Positions 25,371 to 39,468 are shown, counted from the first letter of the stretch. The stretch: 64,000 bases of DNA from Malacoraja senta (GCA_038087875.1 CM075978.1:169260001-169324000), one strand, 5' to 3'. Numbers and translations: made by a program. Notes: generated by a model not told the origin, from the letters alone.

Positions 25371-28012
25371 GTGTTCATGTGTTTATTTTCATGTGGCAGA
25401 GAAAATTTAGAATTTCAACAATAGTAAGGAGAAATCACGCTGTATTTTAAGCCCAACGTCTTGCCTTTCATTCAACAGAGAAATTTTATGTCCATGTGTT
25501 AATGAGTTACAATCATACAATATGAATTAAACCCAGAGCCGATATTTAATACAACGTTTTTTGACAGTGAAGACTCAGCTGAATAAAGAGCTTATCCTAT
25601 GTTGCTGAGTTTTCATGTTGACCTGATCAACTCCGATATTTCTCTTGCACCATGTTGAGAAAACTTCACAACCTCAATGCCTAGCATGTACTATCTGGAA
25701 AAAATAACTTCTAAAAAAAATTCCTCAGTTTATGAATGTGTGGAGAATAACAGTTGTAATGCAGTCTGAGGTTTTTGATGACATCCATGAATTGCTTGGA
25801 GTTTTCGCAGTAGTAGATGATATTGTTTAAACTTCATGAGTTGATTACAACCTTAGCTCATTTTGAATTAGTTTTTATTAAATATGATATCCTTTTACAG
25901 TGGCAGAATGATACAGAGCCAGATACATTGACATAGAAACAAAAACAAACCAATCACAAAGGAGTTAGTTGGGCTAAATACAGTATATGATCTAATTTTG
26001 CATTCTAAATTACAATTTTGGGTCTGATTTAAGAGCCAAATTAGGTGATATGTTTCACCTATTTTTGGCAATAATTTGTTAACTACTTATCACACAATCC
26101 AGTAGCTTTCCTGTTAACTTAAACCAAGCCAATGCAATTTGTTTTGTTCTCAATGTAGAAGCGAGAGAACTAAAGTTAAACTTTAGGTGGTCCAATAATG
26201 AAAATATGCCACAACTTAATAAACTAAACTTAGGTATTTATACATAAATATAACACAGCAATTTTCACTGTCACCAATTTTGCAAAACTATCGGCCATAA
26301 AATTGAGCTTTAGCAGCTCAGTAAATATTTTGTATGGGTCGTTTTTTTACAAAGGCTAAGAAAAGATAAATGATTTCATATTGTTTAAATAGTTTTATTT
26401 CTCCAACATTATTGATTAGATGTTGGAATAGAATTCCAGGCACAGAAACAAATTCAATACTGTTAAATAAAATATGATAACAATTACTTGTAGGTTTATT
26501 TATTCATTATGAAAAACTGAAAATCCAAATATTTCCAGCACTTCCAAAATTTGCAGGACTTGACGGCTTGAATTATATGGGAAGGGCGGTTGAGTTAGAA
26601 TTTTTTTCTCAGGAGTCTGGGAGCCAATATCTTCTTTTTTTATAAAAGCTGATTAATAAACCAAACGTGTAAACATCTTTTTGCCTATAATCTTGGGTAA
26701 CGTTTTGCCCTGAAGAAGATCTTCAAATTGGTCCTGTGTACAATGCTGTGTATAACTCACTTCAAAATGTTTTTCAAGTTACATCAAAATGTTTCAAAAT
26801 CATTAATATTACATTTCAAATAATAATAATCTGAATTCACCTAAATCCGGTGAAAATGAAACAACGTTCAATCAAGGATCCCACGGAGAGCGATTCATAT
26901 TCTGCAAATAAAATGCAAGAGGATAATTTAGCTAGGTGGATGATTATTGATTACATGGTTATTGAAACACAAGATTTCATATGATTAAACATGTTTTAAT
27001 ATACATATCAGTTCAGTTTTCATAAAATGAATACATTAGTCATTTGGAAAATCGAAAACAACTAATGTTTTCCTGATTCCTTCATGAAAGTCGATTTGTT
27101 ACTGGTAAGGAGAGAACGCACATTGCAACTGGAGAATTGACTGTTCTTTGGTGAAGAGGACAGATCATAAAACATCAACAAACGCAGATGTTCCATGTTT
27201 TTTTTCCCTTCATTTAAAAATATATCTCACTCTTTGCAGATGGTTCCAATTTCGGGGCCACTACAGAAGCTTAAGATCAAGGTTGCCATTTCCATACAGT
27301 ACTCAGGGATTCCTCCACCATTAGAATGGCCATCGTTTGGATGGTATGTTAAACTAGGGCCCAGTTACACATAAAAGTTCCCACGGCTCCATTTCGAAAG
27401 AGTACAGATGAATTATACTGGTATTACATTTTTATCGGTAGAGAGAAAAAGCACATTGCAACTGAAGAATTGATTATACTTTGACAAACGATTAAACAAA
27501 AAGGACAGATCATAAAACAGACAAAAGCAGATCATTTTATTTTTATTTCCTTCATGCTTTCAATATTATCATATTACTATGATAATAGCAAGTTGGCCGT
27601 CATGTTTCTGACTTGGAGTCATGGAGTCATAGACTTCAAAACCACTTCACCGCTGCTAAGCACTTTGAGGTATACATTTTTTGTCATTTCTATCAGTTTG
27701 TCCTTCCTTACAGATGATGTTATTATAATGTGGTCACACAGGCATTGGTGCACTCTCTTACTAAATGGCCATTGTTTATATCTGTGTTTCGAAACAGCGA
27801 CCGATGGCTTCTTCACCATAAGAGTTCATAACCATGTCAGTCTAAACTTACCTAATGCAACACGTCCAGCAGTTCACTAGATGGGAGTGGAAATACTTTG
27901 TTAATGTTCCCTTCATTAACTAATCTGCCTTTAATTTCCACTTGTTCCACTTTGTTTTGTCAGCTCAGGTTACAACCCAAGTGGAATTAGTTCAATGAAT
28001 ATTAAACATTGC

Positions 28013-28400
28013 TTAGTTTAGTTTAGTTTAGTTTAGTTTATGGCCATATGTACCAAGGTACAGTGAAAAGCTTTTTTGTTATGTGCTCACCAGTCAGCGG
28101 ACTCTAGATTATTATAATCGAGCCGTGCACAGTGTGCACATACATGATAAAGGGAATAATGTTAGTGCAAGATAAAGTCCAGATTAAAGATAGTCCAAGG
28201 GTCTTCAATGAGGTAGTTAGTAACTCTCTAGTTGTTGGTAGAATGGTTCATCTGCCTGATGACAGCTGGGAAGAAACCGTTTCTGAATCTGGAGATGTGC
28301 GTTTTCATACTTCTGTCTCTCTTGCCTGGTGGGAGAGGGGAGAAGAGGGAGTGACTGGGATGAAGTCTCGTCCCTAATTATGCTGGTGGCCGTGACGATA
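28013..28400 (-). mobile_element. Rex1-like LINE 3' end with (CTAAA)n tail
   Basis: Minus strand encodes ..RSMKTHISRFRNGFFPAVIR-like C-terminus; homologous to 21990-22560. Confidence 0.7.
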
Positions 28401-29892
28401 TTGGGGAAATTTGAGGAAAATATTGGGGAAATGTTCAAACATATAAGTCACATCCTATACAAATTGTGCATGCATGTTCCATAATCTTTCATAATTGTTC
28501 AAGGTTTAATGTTCCAGAAACAAGTCCAGCAACAAAATTATGCATTTGTGTTCATAAATATTCATGAATATTCTTGAATTTATTCTCATATTCTTAACTG
28601 CATTGGAAATTCAAAATATTATTTTTATATCAAAAATATACAATATTATAAGATAATATCTGATATATATCAAAGCAATAAACAACGTTCAGCTGTTTAT
28701 ATGATTATTATTTCTGGTAATTTTGCAGCAAGCAAAATCATTGGTGGAAGACGTGTCACTCATATTAAAGATAATCATTTTGATAAATGGTAAATCTATT
28801 TTGAGCAATACTAATAAAACTGTTCCAGGTTTCGACACTTTACATATATCAAGAAAGTGTTTTAATGAAAAAAACAAAAATTAAAAAAATCATGCCCTTG
28901 TCTAAAGTCTCCTTTGATTGGTCATAGATTCTAGATTCTTGTCATTGTCATTATTCAAATTAATTTTAGCAGAATCATGAAGACCAAGTTTCCCTGGCAA
29001 TGACAAACATATTTTGGGTGCAGTTTCTGCAGCAGACATTCTACTCTTGTGACTGAGAGGCTAAATCTAACCTCCCTTGTGCTACTTTGAATAGGATCAA
29101 TTGACATTGCACAGACTGGTAATTGAACCTGACACCTTTGTGGTCTCAGCTATTTACTGTCTGAATTAGCTGAACCATCAATCCATGCACAAATCTAATG
29201 GTTCAAATCCCTCTCCATTCACCGTTCATCTAATACTATTTCCAATTCAAGCACAGAGCTTAAATGGAAAATCGGTAAACATATCTGTTTTTGAGATTTA
29301 AGCAAAAATAAAGAATTCAGTAAAAATTGCAAAAATCAAGATAGAAGAGGTGGCAGAAACTACTTTAAAATGTCTGATTTTTACTTAGAACTGATTTGAT
29401 TCTATTTCTACTGTTAGAATAATTAACCCATCAACAGAGTAACAAAATAATAATTTGTAATTTTCATTTCCTCAACTCTTCATTTCCTGGTATTTAAACT
29501 TTGGACAAGAAAGATTTGTCTGCTGTAGTTTCTATTGAGGTATTGCAATCATGATCTAAATCTTTGTCACGGGAAAATTATATGGTATTCAAATTGTGTT
29601 TACAAGATGTTAAGTTCACACTCTTGTGTAAAATGTGGTGCTGTGGTTTTTCAGACTGGTTAGGGATAAGGGAAACTAGAGATATAGACGATGAAAAAAG
29701 CATTGGAGATTGACCCAGTCTCTGTTTTGCATTCATGCTCTTTGCAAACTCTTGCCTTTTGATCTCTGGGTTTTATCAAGTTGGTGGCCGCACTGCTTTG
29801 GCTGCCTGGCCAAGTAGTGCAGTCCATATGCAGCTACCCAGTCTCAGAAGGAAAAACTGAGGCACTCAATAGTGTTTGAAGTCAAAGGAGTC

Positions 29893-30510
29893 CGAAGGAT
29901 GGTCCCGACACTAAACGTCACCTATTAATGTTCTCCAGAGATGCTGTCTGACCCACTGAGACAGGCATAACTGCAATGATAATGGGATGGTCATTTAAAA
30001 ATGAGGTACATTAAAATTTCTTCTCACAGAGTGGGAAGCTGAGGGAGGGAAAAATTTAGTAGGAAGCTGATGGGTGACTCTTTTACACAAAGGGTGGTGG
30101 ATGTATGGAATGAGCTGCAAGAGGGGATTGTTGAGGAAGGGACTATCACCGCATTTAAGAAACATTTAGACAAGTACATGTATAGGACAGGTTTACAAGG
30201 ATATGGGTCAAACGCAAGCAGGGGTGGGGCATGTTAGTCGGTGTGGGCACGATGGGCCGAAGGGCCTGTTTCCACACTATATGGCCCTATCATTCTATGA
30301 CAGAGGGTAGTTAATCTCTGGAATTCGCTACTCTGGTAGGTGATGGAACAGGATCGGCGGAAGTATGTCAAATAGAGTGGATAGATGTTTGTTTGATCAA
30401 GGCACAGAGGGAAAGGGAGAAATGGCATAGAAGAGGAGTCATGATCATTTTGAATGGCAGGGAGGGCTTGCAGGGCGTGATGACCTAAATCTGCTCCTAT
30501 ATCCTTGTGC
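29893..30510 (+). mobile_element. pLTR fragment followed by nested CR1 3' fragments
   Basis: cgaaggatggtcccgacactaaacgtcacctat; then ttttacacaaagggtggtggatgtatggaa...gggccgaagggcctgtttcc. Confidence 0.65.
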
Positions 30511-33500
30511 TCTCAAAAGTAAAGTAGATTAAAACCTTAACTAAATAAATTTATTCTAAAATATTCAACTTATCTCAGTTAATTTTAAACATTAATAATA
30601 AATATCACTGATATGCACCTTCCTTTCCTTTTCCAACCAGGCTAACAACATTCAAATGAATGGGCCTGCATTTGATATTCCAATCAGTAATGTGAGGGGC
30701 CAGATACAAAGTGCATTCAGTTCTTCAGCTCAGCATATCCGTGCCTCTCTCCCAAGCGAAGTGCAGGTGACAATCAGACATACTAGCAAACTAGCATCTG
30801 ACCTTGCATTCTGTTCTCTACATTGGTCCATGAGAAGCAACTCTCCCATGATTCCCTGCCAAAAGAAAGGTATCTTTGACCCACGTAGTTTATAAATTTA
30901 GAATTAATCAGATGCTCTTAGGATTGCAAGCACCTAAAGTCTTTATTTTTTGCTAAATGAACTTAAAGCAAAGGGCTTGGTTAAATACATAAAGGTTCCA
31001 TTGGCACTATTTAAAGGGGAGCAGAGGGTTCTCTTTGAGATAACAATATACCTCCTCCGACAACAGTGCCCATTATGACAATGTTATATGGGCTGTGCAC
31101 CCATTGCACCCATCATTTAATACCGAGAAAGGAAAGCAGAGACCATCAAAACAGGATCGTTCTGTAACATCCTGAGAATGTGAGCAACAATACGTTATTT
31201 CCACTCCACTGGAATATTTCATTGTCATTTAAAATATCACAACACTGTGTCGAAGCTAATGCCCTCCATATTTTTAAAAAGATCTGGTTTCCATTAAAAA
31301 AGTATTATTACTTCTTACAATCAATGCATACTGATGTCTATGATGTTAATTGTTTGAGTTCCCAGTGCAAGTATCCAGAATATTGCTTTCCACACTGGCT
31401 ACTTAAACCAAGGGTATCATTGGAATGCCTCCCAGCATCCCAAGTAGAGATTACAGCTAGAGCTTAAGTTTGAATGGCATTTTTTACCCTCAAGTATATA
31501 ACGACATATACTCCAAAGTAGATAAAAAATAATTTTACATTGCATTCTTGTCCAGATTCAATAATAATAATAATGAAGAATTATTGAAAAAGTGGTGCAG
31601 CTAACATCACTTTTTTTGCAACTGCTACGCAATTCCTCATTTAAGCCAAAGTAAAAGTGGCAAAACAATTCTTCACTCTGTTCATTATCTATCTCCAGAG
31701 CTCATGAAAGCTAATCTACGAGAGTCTAACCGGCTGGTTGGGGGAGAGTGAGGTGGCAGGGTGGTATCGCACATCACTTGGACCTGTGCAAATGCAAGTC
31801 CAATAAGCTTAAAATTTAACTTAGACAGTCTATTGCATTTTGGAGCTGTTTATAAATGTAAGCAGAAACAGCTGGGGCTATACATGAGTATGACCTTGCA
31901 TGTACAAGTCATCATTTTGGAGAATGGAAGGAGATGAAAATTAGGCATTATAACTCTGAACTTATAACAGGACTGATGGCACAAACAATGCAAACTTAAA
32001 CAAATTTTGACTGTAAAATTAAAGAGAATGTTTATTAATTTAAAATTAATGTTGATTAAAAGTTATGGTGGAGCATTGTTACTTTTGATGCCTTTTGAAT
32101 TTTTGCGTGCTGAACCACAATATCAATCATTGTTGAGGAATAATCATCAATGTTATACTGCAGTGTTTAAGAACCCAAACAAATATGGTTTGCATTGACA
32201 AAGATTTTACCGATCGACATGGTGAAATCGTCATTCTGCAGGTATGTGAAGAATAGAAACTTCATTATACCATTCAGAAGGTACATAATCATTTATTGCT
32301 AAAACTGGCTAAACAAAAATATATGGATATATATATATATTTATATTACTTTTTACTATCCATGGTTTCATGCATCACATTCAAATCAAATGCAGACCAG
32401 ATTGTCCTGTACTTTATGTACCTAATAACTGTAAGTTGAGTTAGAAATCTCTGGGAAACATATTGCATGTTTTTTGACATAGTGATCTTCTCGATGGCCT
32501 AGTTGTAAGATGCTACACCACCTGTAAACATCTAAATCCTGTACTCATGGCGTCGAGATTCAATCCAGAGCAAGGAGAATTTCAAAAGAAACAGTACATT
32601 TTAGAGTTTATGTATTCCTACTGACTATATATAACTTGTTTAGGGATTTTAATTATAATATTTATAATCTGCTAATATTCTAATCATTCCATGATTTTAG
32701 GAAGAACTTGGTCATTTGTTATCAATGTGACTGGTTAAGAAACAGACTGAAGTTCCATTGAAATATAGCCCAACACTGAATTACTGTCTAACATGTAACT
32801 TTTACCAGATCACAAAACCTCCATTTCTTCATACTAGCACATTTTCTAAGTTTACAGTTTTGTAAAATCTCTGAAATTATCACATACGTTGAGCAAAAAA
32901 GCTAATCTAACTTTTGTAATCTTAGGTGCTCTTTTATCCCATTTCTATACATCAGCAGTTACAAAAGATATACATGTGAACTTAATTTTTGGATTACATG
33001 AAGTGAAAGGACTGTGAGGGAACACAATATCTGTTAGATGTCTTTCTATAATCATTTAAAATGTGCATAGTATTGCAGTTTGTGCAATGTAAAATTGAAC
33101 CAAACTCAGCAGATGATAGTACATACCTGTTAAGGATGAATTCCACAATGAATCACTCATATATAATAACCCCAAGATATGAATTTTAATCCTACAGTTA
33201 TCATGATGTTAAGTAATACCAAGCTGCATATAAACAGTATAACTTGGAAAAAGTTTGAGAGATTGTGTATCAAGATTTCAAATATATCAACGTATCTCCA
33301 ATTGTATTGACCTGTTTCGAGCAATAATCCGTGCACATGTCCAGGAATGTCAAGCTTACTGAAATGTAAACACTTTTTTCAGTTTATATGTCGACTGTAA
33401 AATAAATATGTTGGAAGTCTAGGGGATAGGAAATCTCCAAATTTAATCAGATACTGGATCCGTTACCGTGAGCATGCATCCTTGCAGAGAAATATTGAAT

Positions 33501-34720
33501 ATCTTTTGAAAAGTGGCCAATAAAACGGAGTTGTGCCCCATTAATGTAAACGTGTTAATCTTCACCTTAACTGCACTTCCATGATTGTTGGATCAAACAG
33601 AATGTTTTAGATTTTGGTCAGGTTTTAGGTTACATCCAGTGGTTGAAATCGACCCAATATACAGTATATGCGGCTATTTCCACGCTGTGTCATATCACTT
33701 ACATCAGATGTCAGGTTGGACATATATTCGAAAATTATTATTTAATCATATTAGTACCGACGTTGTTCCTGATGAAACGAAAACGACAGCCTACATTAAC
33801 TTCTGAATACTATCTGATGTAACGTGAATCTTGCGCAAAAGAAACTAAATGGACACGGCGCTGCATATTCGTGGGTGCTCTTAAGGCATCCACCAACTAT
33901 GTTTTTAATGCTTATTGTCTTCATTTAAAACTTTGCTCTAAAACTATTGAACCAAATATTTAAAACGAAGGCAAATTACGTACGTATTAATATTAATAGA
34001 GTGTACGTGTGTTTCGGATTTTGTTTTGTCATATGATTCGAATATGAACAGGAACAATTGTTTTGTTGTAGCTTTGCAAGGGGTTATAACCTAAACGATA
34101 AAAAAATAAGTAAAAACAAAACGTAACTTGTTTTATTCAATGTGTAAGATACCAGAGGAATTAAATGCATCTTCCAGAACTAGTCGTGTTTTAAAATAAT
34201 ACAATTCAAACGGGATTTCTAGTTTTTTGTATGTCATCCCATGCAAGACACGTTTGCAACATGTTCGTACTCTTGCAATGACCGTTCGTTGCTATGAATA
34301 CTATATATTCACCGTCAAAGAGATTTCAACAATAATTCTAACCCTGCCCTTATGGTCCACTCTTCCTAGTTTTAAACTATCGATCGTGTTTGGTCTTAAA
34401 CCACAAACACAATCACCATCAAGTGCTCTTACGATTACTTTGGGAATGGCTTTACAGATGCTACTGGGGCCGGGACGTAAGCGAGGCGGCAATGTATTAT
34501 TATACTTTCAATCCAAGCGCATCACCATGCGCCCTGCGGCGTTGGACGCCAATTTTTTTGAGCCTTCAAAACATAACCGGGTTATAGTTCGTAAAGATTC
34601 AGCAAATAAAAGTTATTTTTCGTACTTAAAGGACGAGTGCACGCCAGTCTGTATTGGCTTGATACAACGTGCAAATCAATTGTTTCGATGTCTGTACCAA
34701 GAGCGGATTGACGGAGTTAA

Positions 34721-34806
34721 GGGTACGCAAAAATGCTGGAGAAACTCAGCGGCTGCAGCAGCATCTATGGAGCGAAGGAAATAGGTAACGTTTCGGGCCG
34801 AAACCA
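34721..34806 (-). mobile_element. Penelope pLTR-derived element, second subfamily
   Basis: gctggagaaactcagcggctgcagcagcatctatggagcgaaggaaataggtaacgtttcgggccg; same subfamily as 51086-51152. Confidence 0.75.
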
Positions 34807-35783
34807 AGGTTCGGCAATCCGGCATTGGTAACTATTATGTTCGGTCAACTAATAGGAAAGAAACTCCCCCAAAAAATCCCAGTTGTTCCACAGAACAACT
34901 CCATCCTTTGGTGTTGACCATGTGGCCCCAAAGAAAATTGCATCTATATCGAATGATATGGATCATTTCAGAGCCCGTGATTGCGTTCATTTTAATGGAT
35001 TACCACCTGTGTGTTACAAACACACAATGCGGGTTTCTATTCACAATACCTGATATTTGAAATGTGTTCTACCGGAGAAAACACCCAAGTGACTGAAAAA
35101 AGGTATGCGAAGAAAAGTTGGCTCGGAAAAGTGACTCGCTCCCCTATAAACCTCCACCGCCCCCCACCCCCATACTACGTTTTTGAGATTAATTTAGTTC
35201 AACAAATGCAGAAGTTGAACCTAAGCCAAATTACTAGCCGTGTCTGCTGACAAGATTGATCATGATTAATGGAATGTATATTTTATGATTGATGCCCTTT
35301 TTGACCACAGCGCCGATTTATCAAAGCGGGAATTTAGAATAGTTATGTTGAATCGCAAAGATACCACCCATCGAGAAAGTGATTGGCTTATTTAACTTTC
35401 AGCAGCATGAGTTTGGAAATAATGAACGATGTTAAACTTTATGAGCCTTCATTTGCTGAACAACTCACAGCCGCCGTTTGTTATTTACTCTTTAAAAAAA
35501 TCACTGAGAAAAATAACCTCATGCCGCCAAACATTACAGAGAAGCAAAAAATGTTTTTATTGCATGAAAGCAATTTGAAGTCCAGTGATGTGCCCGAATT
35601 CTATTAATAGGTTAAAGTCTAGGGTCTGATGACCTTCAGTTTGTAGGACGCAGATGAATCTCTTCCATTTGTCTTTCTTCAAAGTCGTCGGAAAAATTGT
35701 TATATTTTTCCAGGGCAATGAGGACGTGAATATTTTATTGATTAAGTTGTAGAAAAACAAACCAATGTAAGACATTATCATTG

Positions 35784-35980
35784 AGTAAGAAAGAACTGCA
35801 GATGCCGGTTTAAATCGAAGGTAGACACAAAATGCTGGAGTAACTCAACGGATCAGGCAGCATCTCTGGAGAGAAGGAATGTGCGACGACCTGAAGAAGG
35901 GTCTCGACCCGAAAGGTCGCCCATTCCTTCTCTCCAGTTATGCTGCCTGACCCGCTGAGTTACTCCAGCATTTTGTGTCT
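35784..35980. mobile_element. Fold-back pLTR element with 12-bp TSD
   Basis: Flanked by ACATTATCATTG at 35772-35783 and 35981-35992. Confidence 0.85.
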
Positions 35981-36029
35981 ACATTATCATTGCGAGTAGC
36001 TGAACGTACCATATCCCCAAATGCCCGTT

Positions 36030-36180
36030 TACCTCTCCCCCGACTAGTCTGAAGAAGGGTCTCGACCCGAAACGTCACCCATTCCATCTCTCCAAAGATG
36101 CTGCCTGTCCCGCTGAGATACTCCAGCATTATGTGTCTAGCTTCGGTTGAAACCAGCATCTGCAGTTCCTTCCCACACAT
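36030..36180 (+). mobile_element. pLTR element with the best-preserved hammerhead-like core
   Basis: CTGAAGA(36049-55)-A-GGGT-CTCG-ACCC-GAAA(36069-72)-C-GTC(36074-76). Confidence 0.8.
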
Positions 36181-36431
36181 ATCACATCGCAGTGTCTACC
36201 AAGCCATGACAATCTTCTGAATTAATATTACCTAACCTGGTGCATCTAAGGTGCTTGAAGATTAGGAGATTGTCTTTTGTGAACGTCCAGAATATATTAA
36301 TTTCCCTTGAGAAATTATACTGGAACCAGCCAAATCTTTAGAGCCCATACTCTGAGACGCTTTCTAGCTTTCATTTGTAAGCACCGCCAAAATGAAAATA
36401 CAATGTTTCTATAGGTCTGCTATTTTAAGGC

Positions 36432-36720
36432 AGCCCAATGGCGTTGCGATAAAGTTGCTGTCTTACAGCGTTGGAGGCCCGGGTTCGATCCTGATTACCA
36501 GTGTTTTCTGTACGGAATTTGTACATTCTCCTTGAGACCGCGTGGGTTTTCTCCGGGTGTTTCGGTTTCCTCCCACATTCCAAAGATGTGGAGGTTTGTA
36601 GGTTAATGGCCTTCGATAAAATTGTACATTGTCTCTAGTGTGTTGGAGAGCGCTGGTGTATCGGCGCGGGTTCGGTGGGCCAAAGGGCCTGCTTCTGCGC
36701 TGTATCTCTAAAGTCTAAAG
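36432..36720 (+). mobile_element. V-SINE (HE1-like), CpG-retaining copy
   Basis: ccgggttcgatcc B box, V-domain, (ctaaagt) tail. Confidence 0.8.
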
Positions 36721-39304
36721 AATTATTTATCTTGTGGCAGACCTTGTTGACTTTTAGTCTTCTTACTCTAATACAATAAAAGTTCATGAACAAATGATTC
36801 ATTCAGTGTTGTTTTTGCTTTGCTTGAAGGAACTGATCCTCCCTCAGCTTATTACTTAAGTCAATTGCGTGATTAGATTTTGAAGACTGAATCTCGAACT
36901 GCTGAGGATAGTTTGGATCTTTTGTCTGATGAATAACGAATTGTAATATTTTATCATGATGACGTTCATGAATAAGTATAAATACCGCGCACTCAAGAAT
37001 CCAATGGAAAATGTTCAACCTCGGGAAGGATTTCCTCTCTGCGCTCTGCGTATTAAGGAAATTTTAAGCCACATTTATGCAGAAACATTTTCCGGAGGAT
37101 GGAAGTCCTTTCGTGCTTCGTGGTTAACCCGGGGTGGGTCATAGATGGGTCTGTTTCCTTACCCCCATAACATATAATATGAGCCTAGAACTCAACCTAG
37201 CTAGGCAAGACAAGGGAACCGAGAGATGGCAATATAGCAAAAGCAGTTTACAATCACTATTCCTATTTATACTCAATCCGCCGCGTTACCACGGGGATTG
37301 TACCAGTCTACAACGAACATGCAAACAAGCGGAGATTGCCTGATTTATATAAATGTTTGAAATATCTGGAAAGACTGCTTTAAAACGAAGATACAAATGC
37401 GAATATTGTAATAACGGAGTAATATATTCACATGTATTACAGACAAATAACGCGTGACAATCAAAACGAATAATTACATTTCAAGTCTTAGCCATACAAA
37501 ATAAGCTTCCAAATTGTATATTATTGTGTGCGTATTCAATGGGAATATTAAGAATAACCAATTATTACCAATTTACTTTTATTGGTTGAAGAAACATTCT
37601 CGAGTTAATAAATATATAAATATAAATATACAAGTCAAAAGATGAAACCCCTTGTATGTAAAATATGTACCGTTCAAATCGGAAAACACAACCAGTTGAA
37701 AATACCACCCTTTAATTGTTCACTATTTGACTACCAGGCAACACGCAATGAGCGTCACTTTCATGAACTGTGCTGCCAATTCGTGCGAAATATATGGAAG
37801 TTAGATAGTTTTCCCCTAAGGTCTGAAACAATAAGAACTGCGCTCTACATGCCTTAATTATAATCTCTCAGTAAACAAAATGTAAGATCAGTCGAATCAA
37901 TAGTTGAGTTCTTAGCTTATTTCGATTATTTTTTCTGCTATAATTTGGAACCATTGAGCAATTCCTCCAATTTCAGCCAGTGATCTTAGACTGCTGTTGA
38001 ACTGTGTTTGAGAGACGTGCATATGCTCAGACACCGTCATATCCCTCCGCCCTCGCCCACACCACTACCAAGCAGGCTGACCCGCTGAGTTACTCCAGCG
38101 CTTTGTGCTAATCTAGTTAAAACTAGCTCAAAAAGGTAGAAAATGCGCGTTATTGGTGCATGGAGGCATAGCGTATCACTAAATTATACCCGAAAAATGA
38201 CAAGAGGGACATGTTCTAGGGGGAAGGGGAGGGCGGGAGGGGGGGGGGATACGATGAATCAGTAGAAAACGGAAATCCAAAGCTAATTATTTTCACAAAA
38301 GCAAATCGCTGTTAACAAATTAAAACGTTTAAAATATATAAAATAGAAACTGCCGGAAATGTTTTGTAATTTAAAAAATCCTAAACTTTCCTCCAATATA
38401 ACTAAAGGAAGAGGTCTGAAAACTAATTTGAAACTCGAATGATGGATGGGATCAATAATCATTTTGTTCCATTGTGATTGTCCAAATCTTAATAACTTTA
38501 CCCAATCGTTTTGCAGAATCGAGGAATTAATGATCCAGAAATATCATCCATGCCACACACACGGCGCTGCATACGATTACAAGATAATAAACTGTCCAGT
38601 ACATCCTACATCATCAAACTCCTATATATTTTAATCTTTGGCCTCCGGTAGCATTTGTTCCAGTGTATCTAATCACTAACATTAGATTGGTGTTTGTCAG
38701 ATGCCCACACCAATGCATAAAAGTGCTTGTTCACGATCACACCTGAAAAATCCGATATCGTGCATTGCAAACCTGATTCGTGTGTCAAGTGAGGGAGACT
38801 TAGAGGATTGCACATAATTTACAAATACCAACATTGACAACTCTAATTACTGACTATGTTGGAAACACAATTGCTAGTTTGGGACATTATGTATGTATTA
38901 AAACGTTGTCAGGAGTCCGCTTACATTAGGTTCACGTAAATGGGGTTGGGAATACTATATTTGACAAACACTTTCTTACTGGTTCCCGGGAGGGTTTTAT
39001 TTTCTATCGATAAATGGATTCATTGTTAAAGTACACAATGTCGACGTTGCAAAGTATGTGTTCCTTTATACGGATTCCTAAACGCCAATTCAATATTGCA
39101 ATTCGGATAATTTCGAAATTATCCCAATTCGAGCTTGTCCAATTTAATTTCCACATATCGCAATGAGTTCGGTTTACTGTATGTTCACCATTGGGTTTGT
39201 GTTAAATGCTAATATTGAACTTGACATTTTGTCTCTTTGATCCTATTATTGGATTTTTTTCTGTTAGTGCCAATTAATTTTCATGTTCTTATCATGTTTT
39301 GTCT

Positions 39305-39468
39305 AGTAGACTGACCCGCTGAAGTCATTTCGGGTCGGAACCCTTCATCAGTCTGAAACGTCACCTATTCCTTTTCTCCCTAAAAATGCTGCCTGGTCCG
39401 CTGAGCTACTCCAGCATTTTTGTGTCTATCTTCATAATAAATCAGCATCTGCAGTTCCTTCCTACACA
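39305..39468. mobile_element. Partial fold-back pLTR element
   Basis: tttcgggtcggaacccttcatcag then tctgaaacgtcacctattcc...gcagttccttcctacac. Confidence 0.7.

Noticed and set aside
34227-34784. 185-aa ORF as a novel gene
   Set aside because: Non-ATG start, no recognisable domain, and its end is translated pLTR repeat (KCWRNSAAAAASMERRK)
35784-36180. CRISPR-like array or pre-miRNA
   Set aside because: Dispersed eukaryotic repeat with TSDs and no regular repeat-spacer periodicity; the hairpins are explained by fold-back integration
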